Shown here: piece by piece, positions 38,348 through 48,691 of the stretch
Numbering within the stretch: the first letter of the stretch is position 1
How the letters are laid out: every line of letters starts with the position of its first letter
NCBI GenBank assembly: GCA_963774265.1
Contig: CAVZDU010000003.1
Location: 192,001 to 256,000, forward strand
Origin: an uncultured Chloroflexia bacterium
Lineage (GTDB): Bacteria; Chloroflexota; Anaerolineae; CG2-30-64-16
Direction of reading: 5' to 3'
Length of the DNA stretch: 64,000 bases
Position numbers and translations under genes: made by a program
The notes under the pieces: model-generated
Seen by the model: only the letters and a program-made list of their open reading frames with translations
Databases searched by the model: none
What the model was told of the DNA's origin: nothing

Positions 38348-41300
38348 ATGGATAGCAACCTGTTTACGAACTCAGCTACCGAGGGCCCGCGCATCGATCC
38401 ACTGCTCCGCGCCGAAGTGCTGATCTGCGGCGGCACGGGCTGCCACTCCTCCAACTCGCATGAGGTCACGATGGCGATGGAGGCCGAGGTGGCCCGGCGT
38501 GGGCTGGCCGGGGAAGTACGCGTCGTGCCCACCGGCTGCCGCGGCTTCTGCTCCATGGGTCCGGTCATGATGATCTACCCCGAGGGCATCCTCTACTGCC
38601 AGGTGCAGCCCAGCGACGTGCCCGAGATCGTCGAGGAGACGCTGCTCAAGGGCCGCCAGGTCAAGCGCCTCACCTATGAGGAACCGATCCAGCACAAGGC
38701 GCTGCCGTTTTACCACGACATTCCGTTCTACGGCAAACAGATCCGCATCGCGCTCCGCAACTGCGGCCTGATCAACCCGGAGAGCATCGACGAGTACATC
38801 GCACACGATGGCTATGCTGCGCTGGGCAAGGTCTTGACCAGCATGTCGCCGGATGATGTGCTGCGCGAGATGAAGGATTCGGGGCTGCGCGGCCGCGGCG
38901 GCGCGGGCTTCCTGACCGGCCTGAAGTGGGAGTTCGCGCGGCGCAGCGCAGAACTTCCCCAAGTATGTCGATCTGCAACGCCGACGAGGGCGACCCGGGC
39001 GCGTTCATGGATCGCTCGATCCTGGAAGGTGACCCGCACAGCCTGATGGAAGGCATGACCATCGCCGGCTACGCGATCGGCGCCGCGCGAGGGGTACATC
39101 TACTGCCGCGCCGAATACCCGCTGGCAATCGCACCGCCTGAAGACGGCCATCGCGCAGGCGCACGAGTATGGCCTGCTTGGGCGAGAACATCCTGGGCAG
39201 TCGACTTCTCCTTCGATCTGAAGGTCAAAGAGGGCGCAGGCGCCTTCGTCTGCGGCGAAGAAACTGCGCTGATGGCCTCCATCGAGGGCAAGCGCGGCGA
39301 GCCGCGGCCCCGCCCGCCGTTCCCTGCCGTCGCCGGCCTCTGGAACAAGCCCTCCAACGTCAACAACGTCAAGAGCTACGCCATGACGCCCCAGATCATC
39401 CTGAAGGGCGCGGCATGGTTCAAGGCCATCGGCCCGGAGAAGTCGCCCGGCACCGCGATCTTCGCCCTGACCGGCAAGATCAACAACACCGGCCTGATCG
39501 AAGTGCCGATGGGCATCCCCCTGGGCGAGATCATCTTCGACGTGGGCGGCGGCATCCCCAAGGGCAAGCCGTTCAAGGCCGTGCAGACGGGCGGCCCGCT
39601 GGGCGGCTGTCTGCCGGCTTCGGCGCTGAACACGCCGGTCGACTTCGACTCACTGACCGCTGCGGGCGCGACCATGGGCTCGGGCGGCATGATCGTCGTC
39701 GACGACGACACCTGCATGGTGGAGTTCGCCAAGTACTTCCTGCAGTTCGCCACCGCCGAGTCGTGCGGCAAGTGCGTGCCCTGCCGGGTCGGCGGCATGC
39801 GGCTGCTGGAGGTCCTCGACGCGGATCACCGAGGGCAAGGGCACGCGCGCGGACGTGGACACGATCAAGTACATCTCGGCCAACATGCAGGCGGCCTCGC
39901 TGTGCTCGCTGGGCCAGCTGACCCCCGGCCCGGTGATGTCGGCCATCCGCTTCTTCGAGCAGGAGTTCCTCGACCACATCGACGACAAGAACTGCCCGGC
40001 CGGCCAATGCAAGCCGCTGGTGCGCGCCAAGTGCATCAACGCCTGCCCGGCCGGCGTCGAGAGCCCGGCCTACCTGGCGCTGGTGGCCCAGGGCCGCTAC
40101 GCCGAGGGGCTGGAAATCCATCGCCAGCGCAACCCGTTCGCCCTCGATCTGCGGCCGCGTCTGCCCGGCGTTCTGCGAGCAGAAGTGCCGCCGCGGCGAG
40201 ATCGACGAGCCGATCAGCATCCGCCTGGTCAAGCGCTTCATGGCCGATCACGAGGTCGCAGGCCCCGTGGACCCCCGAGCACATCGAAGCCTGCCAAGCG
40301 GTCAGAAGGTCGCCGTTGTGGGCGCCGGCCCGGCCGGCCTGACCGCGGCGCTGCGCCTGGCGCAACGGGGCTACCGGGTGACGTGGTCTTCGAGAAGCTG
40401 CCTATCCCGGGCGGCATGATGACGGTCGGCATCCCGGAGTACCGCCTGCCCACGCGAGCCGCTCTTCGCCGAGATCGAGAACATCCAGCGTGCCGGCGTG
40501 GAGATCCGCTGCAACCAGGCGCTGGGCAGCGACTTCACGCTCGACGACCTGTTCGAACGAGACGGCTACAACGCCGTGGTGCTGGCCATCGGCGCGCACA
40601 GCAGCCGCAAGCTGGGCATCCCTGGCGAGGAGAAGGCCGGCGTCGTCCACGGCACCGACTTCCTGCGCGAGGTCGGCCTGATCAACCGGTGGCGGCGGCG
40701 ACGGCCAGCACTCATGCCGGCAGTCGCCGGCAAGCGTGTGGCCGTGGTCGGCGGCGGCGACGTGGCCCTCGACGCGGCACGCACCGCCTGGCGGCTGGGC
40801 GCCAACGAGGTCCACGTCATCTACCGGCGCCAGCGCGCAGGACATGCCCGCCTATGCCGAGGAAGTGCACGCGGCGATACGACGAAGGCATCCAGTTCCA
40901 CTTCCTGGCCAACCCGGTGCAGGTGCTGGGCGACGGTCACGTGACCGGCGTCGTGGTGCAGCGGCAGCGGCTGGGCGATTTCGACAACGGCGGCCGGCGG
41001 CGGCCCGTGCCTGCGGAGGGCGACGACTTCACGCTGGATGTCGACGTGTTGATCCCGGCCATCGGCCAGACCACCGACACCGTCGTGGATGCAGCAGGCC
41101 GGCATCAAAGTCAGCCGATCCAGCACGTTCGACGTCGGTGACGCGTACAACACGTCGCGGGCGCGGCGTCTTCGCCGCTGGCGACGCCGTGAGCGGGCCG
41201 GCGACGGTGATCGAGGCGGTGGCCCAGGGCAACCTGGTGGCCGTCGCGGTCGATCACTGGCTCAAGACGGCCCAGTATGACGAAGCCGCGCTACGAAACC

Positions 41301-41540
41301 GAGCGGCCCGACATCGCCCAGTACTTCAGCCTGGATGACTATGCCAATGCCCACCGGCCGCATGTGCCCGAATTGGCGCTGACCGAGCGGCACGGCACCT
41401 TCCGGGAAGTGGAATTGGGCTTCGACGAACACACGGCGCGCGAGGAAGCCAAGCGCTGCCTGCGCTGTGACCTGGAGTGGCTGGACTTCATGAAGTTGCC
41501 GAAGCCCGAGGCAATAGAAGCCGTAGAAAGGAGCCTGTGA
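38348..41540 (+). CDS. NuoF/HydB-like FMN subunit fused to a GltD-like FAD/NAD(P)H module (frameshifted)
   Basis: N-terminal 2Fe-2S (ICGGTGC...GCRGFC), [44 protein letters not shown], then [46 protein letters not shown]. The NuoF-to-GltD junction is in one frame (ORF 39855..41141). Confidence 0.85.
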
Positions 41541-41544
41541 CCCA

Positions 41545-44439
41545 ATGGCGGTTGTAAACATTACCATCAATGGGATCAAACTCCAGGCACAAATGGGCCA
41601 GACCGTCTACCAGGCGGCCGCGGCCGCCGGGATCGACATCCCGGTGCTGTGCCACCATCCGGCGCTGCCGCCGGAGGGCGCGTGCCGCGTCTGCCTGGTG
41701 GAGATCGAGAAGCAGCGCAACCTCCAGCCGGCCTGCACCTTCCCCGTCACCGAGGGCATGGTCGTCCACACCCATTCGCCCAAGGTGCTGCGAGGCGCGC
41801 AAGTTCGTGCTGGAGCTGATCATCTCCGACCATCCGCTGGACTGCATGACGTGCGAAGCGACGGGCGACTGCCGGCTTGCAGGACCTGGCCTACGAGTAC
41901 GAGGTCAAGGGGGACGAGTACGCCGGCGGCGTGCAGCACGACTATCCCATCGACGACCCGAACCCGTTCATCCAGGTGGATCGCAACAAGTGCATCCTCT
42001 GCCGGCGGTGCGTGCGGGCGTGCAACTACATCAACGGCGTCGAGGCGATCAGCGATCGTCTACCGCGGGTTCAACGCGCAAGATCGCGTTCGGCATGGAC
42101 TCCACGATGGAGGACAGCCCGTGCGAGTTCTGCGGGAGCTGCGTCGAGGTGTGCCCGATCGGCCGCGCTCTGGCCCAAGATGAGCATGGGCAAGGGCCGC
42201 GCCTGGCAGCTCAAGACAGGTGGAGACGATCTGCTCCTATTGCGGCGTCGGCTGCCAGCTGAATCTGCACGTGCGCGGACAACGAGATCGTCAAGGTGAC
42301 GGGCGCCGACGGCCCGTCCAATCACGGCTTCTACCTGCGTCAAGGGCCGCTTCGGTTACGATTACGTCAATCACTCGGATCGGCTGAGCAAGCCGCTGGT
42401 GCGGCGGTATCTGCTGGACGGCGGGACGAAGCCCACACGTCCACAGACGCAGGACGATGGTCACGATCGTCAGTCGCCCCCAATCCAGCGATCGGAATTC
42501 GTCGAGACCGACTGGGACACAGGCGCTCGACCTCGTCGCCCGCAAATTCGCCGAGACCAAGCAGACGCACGGCGGCGATGCGTTCGCGGCGCTCTGGCTT
42601 CGGCCCGCTGCACCAACGAGGAGAACTTCCTCATCATGAAGCTGACCCGACAGGTGATGCAGACGCACAATATCGACCATTGTGCGCGGCTCTGACACAG
42701 CGCTACCGTCACCGGTCTGGTGACAACGCTTCGGCTCTGGGGCCATGACCAACCCGTTCGAGGATATCGCCAAGAACGCGCAAGTGCCTCTTCATCATCG
42801 GCTCGAACACCACCGAGCAGCATCCGGTGTTCGGCATGCAACTGCGCCAGGCGGTCAAGCAGCGCGGGCGTGCCGCTCATCGTGGCCGATCCGCGGCGCA
42901 TCCCGATCACGCAATACGCGACGATCCATCTGCGCCACAAGCCCGGCACCGATACGGCACTGCTCAACGGCCTGATGCATGTGTTGATCACCGAGGACCT
43001 GTACGATCACGACTTCGTGGCGAACCGCACCGAGGGCTTCGAGGATCTCAAGGCCAAGATGGCCGAGTACACGCCCGAGCGCGTGGCCTGGATCTGCGGC
43101 GTGAAGGCGGACGACATCCGCAAGGCGGCGCGGCTGATGGCTGCGCATCGGCCCGGCGCGCTGATGTATGCGATGGGCATCACCCAGCACACCAGCGGCC
43201 ACGGCAACGTGATGAGCTGCGCCAACCTGCAGATGCTGCTGGGCAACATGGGCGTGTCGGGCGGCGGCGTCAATCCGCTGCGCGGCCAATCCAACGTGCA
43301 GGGCGCATGCGACATGGGCGGCCTGCCCAACTACTACACCGGCTACCAGAACGTGGCGCTCGAAGCCAGCCGCAAGAAATTCGAGGCGGCCTGGGGCGTC
43401 GCTGCCGCCGGTGGATAAGCCGGGCCTGACCGTGGTCGAGATGATGAACGCGGCCGAGCACGGGCCAGATCAAGGCGATGTACGTCGTCGGCGAGAATCC
43501 GATGCTCTCCGACCCCGACCTGCAACCACGTGCGCCACTGCTTGCAGTCGCTGGATTTCCTGGTGGTGCAGGATCATCTTCATGACCGAAACCGCGCAAC
43601 TGGCCGATGTGGTGCTGCCGGGCTCGTCGTTCGCGGAGAAGGACGGCACCTTCACCAACAGCGAGCGGCGCGTGCAGCTGGTGCGCCGCGCTCTGAATCC
43701 GCTGGGCGAAACTCGGCCCGATTGGGAGATCATCGCCGAACTGGGCCAGCGTACAGCGGCGCTCGAGGCCGGCGCCCTGAGAGCGCCGCAGCGACGGTCG
43801 CCGCGGCGCCGCACGGCTCGTGGGATTACATGAACCCGGCCGAGATCATGGACGAGATCGCCGACGCTGACGCCGAGCTACGGCGGCATCCGCCATGCAC
43901 CGGCTGGAGAAGCTGGCAGGCCTGCAATGGCCGTGCCCCGACGAGAAGCATCCCGGCACGCCGATCCTGCACGTCGGCAAGTTCACGCGCGGGCTGGGCA
44001 AGCTTCCAGCCGATGGACTTCCTGCCGCCGGTCGAACTGCCGGACGAAGACATATCCGCTGCTGCTGACCACCGGCCGCGTGCTGTATCATTATCACACC
44101 GGCACGCTGACCCGGCGCTCCCAGGGGCTGGCGGCCATCTATCCGGAAGGGCTTGATCGAGATGCACCCGGAGGACGCGGCACGGTTGGATGTGGTCGAA
44201 CGGCGAGATGGTGCAGGTCGCCAGCCGCCGCGGCCAGGTGAACGTCAAAGACCGATGTCACCGAGAAGATCCAGCCGGGCGTGGTCTTCATGACCTTCCA
44301 CTTCGCCGAGAGCGCGGCCAACTTCCTCACCAACCCGGCGCTCGACCCGGTGGCGAAGATCCCGGAGTTCAAGGCGTGCGCGGTGAAGGTGAGCAAGCTT
44401 CCCGCCGTGAGTGCGAGACGTGCTGAGGCAGACGAGTAG
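41545..44439 (+). CDS. fdhF: Selenocysteine-containing formate dehydrogenase alpha subunit with NuoG-like Fe-S N-terminus (frameshifted)
   Basis: [89 protein letters not shown]. Confidence 0.9.
42693..42730 (+). promoter_or_regulatory. Sec UGA codon and bacterial SECIS hairpin
   Basis: TGA at 42693-42695; AGCG...GTCACC-GGTCT-GGTGAC...CGCT stem-loop with a G-led apical loop starting 19 nt after the UGA. Confidence 0.8.
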
Positions 44440-44490
44440 ACGAGTAGACGAGTGACCTTGGACGACTCGTTCTCGTTGTACGTTCGTCTG
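44430..44490. repeat. Octamer tandem repeat with an imperfect inverted partner
   Basis: (AGACGAGT)x3 at 44430-44453, overlapping the fdh stop codon, followed by ACTCGTTCTCGTTGTACGTTCGTCT. Confidence 0.6.
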
Positions 44491-44540
44491 TCGATCATTT
44501 GTCACGACATATCTCATTCTGACAAGGGAGGCATCATCGC

Positions 44541-45433
44541 ATGGCAAACGGAGAAATCAACATCGATGCCTTGATGCCGCCGCAGATGGCCGCCAAGGCC
44601 GAGGCGATCGGCATCAAGAAGGCGAACCTGGACTTCTGGACGATGTTCGCGCTGGCGATCCTGGCCGGCGCATTCATTGGCGCAGGGGCGCATCTTCGCC
44701 ACCACGGTATGGACGGGCGGCGGCCGGCGCTGCCCTACGGCGTGAACCGCCTGCTGGGCGGCCTGGTCTTCTGCCTCGGCCTTATCCTGGTCGTCGTGGC
44801 CGGCGCCGAGCTGTTCACCGGCAACAACCTGATCGTCATGGCGCTGGGCGAGCCGGAAAGGTCAGCACCGGCAAGTTGCTGCGCAACTGGGGCATCGTCT
44901 ATGCTGGCAACTTCGTCGGCGCGCTTGATCACCGCGGTCATCATGCTGTTGGCGCCAGCAGTACACGTTCGGCAAGGGCAGCGTCGGGCCTGACCGCGCT
45001 GAACATCGCCAATGCCAAAGTCGACCCTGGACTCCCGTCCAGGCGTTCTTCCTGGGCATCATGTGTAACGCGCTGGTGTGCATGGCCGTCTGGCTGTGCT
45101 ACAGCGCCCGCAGCACCACCGACAAGATCCTGGCGATCATCTTCCCGATCAGCGCGTTCGTGGCGGCGGGCTTCGAGCACAGCATCGCCAACATGTACTT
45201 CATCCCGATCGGGCTGTTGATCAAGCAGTTTGCGCCGGCATCCTTCTGGGCCGCTGATGCGTTGGCGAAGGCCACCCCAGCCGCCATCACGATTGATTCG
45301 TTTGCCAAGCTGACCTGGGGCAACTTCTTCCTCAACAACCTGATTCCGGTGACGATCGGCAACATCGTCGGCGGCGCAGGGCTGGTGGGCGGTGGTGTAC
45401 TGGTTCGCCTATCTGCGGACGAAGAAATCCTGA
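44541..45433 (+). CDS. Formate/nitrite transporter (FdhC/FocA family; frameshifted)
   Basis: LAILAGAFI, GAELFTGN, GIMCNALVC, GFEHSIANM, VTIGNIVGG. Confidence 0.92.
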
Positions 45434-45459
45434 CGCGCGAACTGAGCGGTGCACTACAC

Positions 45460-45497
45460 AAAAGAGGGCGAAGCGATCACTCGCTTCGCCCTTGCTT
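45460..45497. terminator. Probable bidirectional terminator
   Basis: AGGGCGAAGCGA-TCAC-TCGCTTCGCCCT between convergent genes. Confidence 0.7.
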
Positions 45498-45516
45498 ATT
45501 GCGATACGCGTGTTGA

Positions 45517-45702
45517 CTATCGTCTCGGGGGGATGATCAGCCACATCAAAAGGTAGGGCACCATTCCTGGCAGGCCGCCGGGGATCAGCAGAATCAGGAA
45601 GATCAGGCGGAAGACCCCCGGATTGATGCCGAAGAACGCGCCCAGCCCGCCGCACACACCCGCTACGATACCATTCTGTCGTCTCAGTTGATTAGTATTC
45701 AT
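45517..45702 (-). CDS. PspC domain protein
   Basis: LRRQNGIVAGVCGGLGAFFGI...YLLMWLIIP. Confidence 0.85.
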   Translation of the reverse strand: MNTNQLRRQNGIVAGVCGGLGAFFGINPGVFRLIFLILLIPGGLPGMVPYLLMWLIIPPRR

Positions 45703-45845
45703 GGCTCCTCTCTGACTTGCACTCCAACCAATTCTCTTTACGGATTTCGAGCCGGGAAGTTTCAGAGTAGCTCGACTCGTCACGATGGGTTGGACATCAT
45801 CGCGCACAGGACTATAATGGCAGTATCCGGCTGGACAGAGGCTGC

Positions 45846-48096
45846 ATGGCCGTCATTCGTCGTCATCGATCCGCGCTGCTCATCACGTGCCTTTTTGTGG
45901 CGCTCGGCATCATCTATAGCGTAACGAGTCCGTTGTTCGAGCCCAGCGACGAGCACAATCACTACCCCTTCGTCCAACATCTGGCGACAGGCGGCGGGTT
46001 GCCGATCCAGCGCGCCGGCGAGAAGACGCTGTGGGGGCAAGAGGGCAGCCAGCCGCCGCTCTACTACGCCGTGTCCGCGCTGCTCACAGCAGGGATCAAC
46101 ACCGGCGACATGTCCGCGCTCCTGGTTCGCAACCCGCACGCTCAGAGCGGCGTTCCGGGGACCCCTGACAACGCAAATATGTTCATCCACACGGAACGGG
46201 AGGCATTTCCCTGGCGCGACACTGCGCTGGCCGTACACCTGGTCCGGTTCTTTTCCGTGCTGCTGGGCGTTGGGACGATCCTCTGCACCTACACCCTCGC
46301 GCTCTGGCTGTTCCCCGACCGGCCGGCCATCGCCGCAGGGGCGATGGCGATCAATGCCTTCATCCCGATGTTTGTCTTCATCAGCGCCTCGGTTAACAAC
46401 GATAACCTGGTGATCTTCCTCTCCTCGCTGAGCCTGGTCCTGCTGGTTCGCGTGATCCAGCGTGAGGCGACGCCGTGGCTGCTGCTGGGGCTGGGCAGCG
46501 TCATCGGCCTGGCGTGCCTGACGAAGCTGAGTGCGCTGGGGCTGCTGCCGCTGGCGTGCCTGGCGCTGGCCCTGGCCGCGCTGAGGCGTGGTCCGGTTGA
46601 CCGCGCGAGCATCGTCAGATGGGCCGGCCAATGCACTCTGGTGATCATTCCCGCGGTCATCATCGCGGGATGGTGGTATGTGCGCAACCAGCAGCTCTAC
46701 GGCGATCCGCTCGGGCTGAACGCGATGGTCGCCGTCGCCGGGGGCCGCCCGCCGCTCCGCACGCTGTCTGATCTGCTCGGCGAGTTTCAAGGGTTCCGCT
46801 ACAGCTTCTGGGGCGTGTTAGGCGGGTTTCAACATCTTGCTCCGCCCGGCCTGGGTCTATGTCCTGCTCGATCTCTTGTCAGTGACCGCGTTGGTCGGGC
46901 TGGTGGCATGGGCATGGCGAACGTGGAGGCGGCACGTGCCTGCGCCGATGGCGGAGCTGTTGTTGCTCGCTGCCTGGATCGTCGTCGAGGCGGTCGCGCT
47001 GCTGCGCTGGACATCGCTGACGCTGGCCTCACAGGGACGGCTGATGTTCGCCGCGCTCGCCCCGATCTGCCTCTTCCTGGCGTTGGGCCTGACCGGGCTG
47101 CTGGCGCCGCGGCGCCAATGGGTCGCGACGTGGGGCATCGGCGGGCTGCTGTTTCTCTTGGCTGCCGCCACGCCCTTCGCGGCGATCCGGCCGGCCTATG
47201 AGCCCGGAGCGCTGCTGACCGCGGCCGACGTGCCCGCATCCGCGCTGCGCTTCGACGTGGATTACGGCGGGGTGATGCGGCTGTTGGCTTTCGAGGTGGG
47301 CAAGGAGCGCGTGCACCCCGGCGATGTGCTGACCGTGACACTCTATTGGCAGGCGCTGGCGCCGATGAGCGAGGATTTCAGCATCTCCCTGCAGATGTTC
47401 AGCTGGCAGCAGGCGTTGGGCCAGCACGACAGCTATCCGGACCGCGGCGACCGGCCCACCAGCCAACTCACACCCGGCCAGGTCGTGCGAGACACTCATT
47501 TCATCCCCGTTCAGGGGGATGCCAAAGGCCCGACGCCGGCCTGGATCTCCGTCGGGCTGTACCGGTTTAGCACCCTGGAGAAGCTGCCCGCGACGGATGC
47601 GCAGGGCCAACCGGTCGTCTTCCCCATCCTGACCAAGATCCCATTGGACACGCCCGCGCCCACCCTGACCGGCACGCTTCCCGGCCCACCCGACGCCAAT
47701 CTCGACGGTCGCGTGCGATTGGTCGGTTATGATCTGGCGAGCAACCGCATCCGTCCCGGCCAGGAGATGACCGTGACGCTCTACTGGCAGACGACTGCGG
47801 CGCTGGGCGCAGATTATACCGTCTTCGTTCACCTGCGGGATGAGGAGAACCGGACGGCAGCCCAGACCGATGCGGCGCCGCTTCGGGGCTTTTACCCGAC
47901 ATCGGCGTGGCAGCCGGGGGAGTTTCTCGGTGACACGCAGCGCCTGGTGCTGCCGGGCGATCTGCGCCCGGGGCGTTACCGCGTCTTCGCGGGCCTGTAC
48001 GACGCGAGGACCGGCGAGCGCCTTTCCGTGCTGAATTCGGCCGGCCAGCCGGTCGCGAACGAGCTGCTCGTCGCGACTGTGGAAGCCATCGATTGA
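45846..48096 (+). CDS. GT-C fold (GT39/ArnT-like) membrane glycosyltransferase with C-terminal extracellular repeats (one frameshift near 46830)
   Basis: PSDEHNH, QPPLYY, SVNND, LTK, WWYVRN; two VTLYW...VHL beta domains. Confidence 0.75.
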
Positions 48097-48160
48097 TATA
48101 CAATAGACTGACCCCAACGAATGCATGCAGGCGACTGACCGAAGGTGCAAGGAGGCATGA

Positions 48161-48691
48161 TTGACAACCATTTCCGTATCAACAGTTTCCCAGCGCATCA
48201 CAATGCGCATCAACGGTGAGCGGCGCGAGTTCGAGGTCGGACGCGATCTCCTGCCCACGACCACCCTCTCGGCGTTCTTGCGGGAGCGGCTCGGCTACAC
48301 CGGCCTGAAGATCAGTTGTGACGAAGGCGCCTGCGGCGCGTGCACGATCATCATGGACGGCAAGGCGGTCCTGTCGTGCATGCTGCTGGCCGTGGAAGCG
48401 GACGGCCATGACCTGCTGACCATCGAAGGCCTGCCGGACGACGATCCGGTGATCGAGGCCTTCGCCGAGCAGTGCGAGCCGGGCCACGGCACCGCGCTGC
48501 AGTGCGGCTACTGCACCCCCGGCTTTGTCATGACGGCCCGCGCCCTGCTCAACGAGAATCCCTCGCCGACCCTGGACGAGGTGAAGGAAGCGCTCTCCGG
48601 CAATCTCTGCCGCTGCGGCTGCTACGCGGGCATCGCCATGGCGGTCAGGCATGCTGCCGAGAAGATCGCAGCGAGAGGAGGACGGGCATGA
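48161..48691 (+). CDS. Xanthine dehydrogenase family 2x[2Fe-2S] small subunit
   Basis: CDEGACGACT, QCGYCTPG, NLCRC. Confidence 0.92.
   Translation: MTTISVSTVSQRITMRINGERREFEVGRDLLPTTTLSAFLRERLGYTGLKISCDEGACGACTIIMDGKAVLSCMLLAVEADGHDLLTIEGLPDDDPVIEAFAEQCEPGHGTALQCGYCTPGFVMTARALLNENPSPTLDEVKEALSGNLCRCGCYAGIAMAVRHAAEKIAARGGRA

Noticed and set aside
42420-42500. Short extra peptide in FdhA ([21 protein letters not shown]) as a repeat insertion
   Set aside because: Only a 6-bp hairpin is visible and the region is error-prone; insufficient evidence.
36254-44439. Respiratory complex I or an [FeFe]-hydrogenase
   Set aside because: No membrane nuo subunits and no H-cluster motifs; the catalytic subunit is a molybdopterin FDH.
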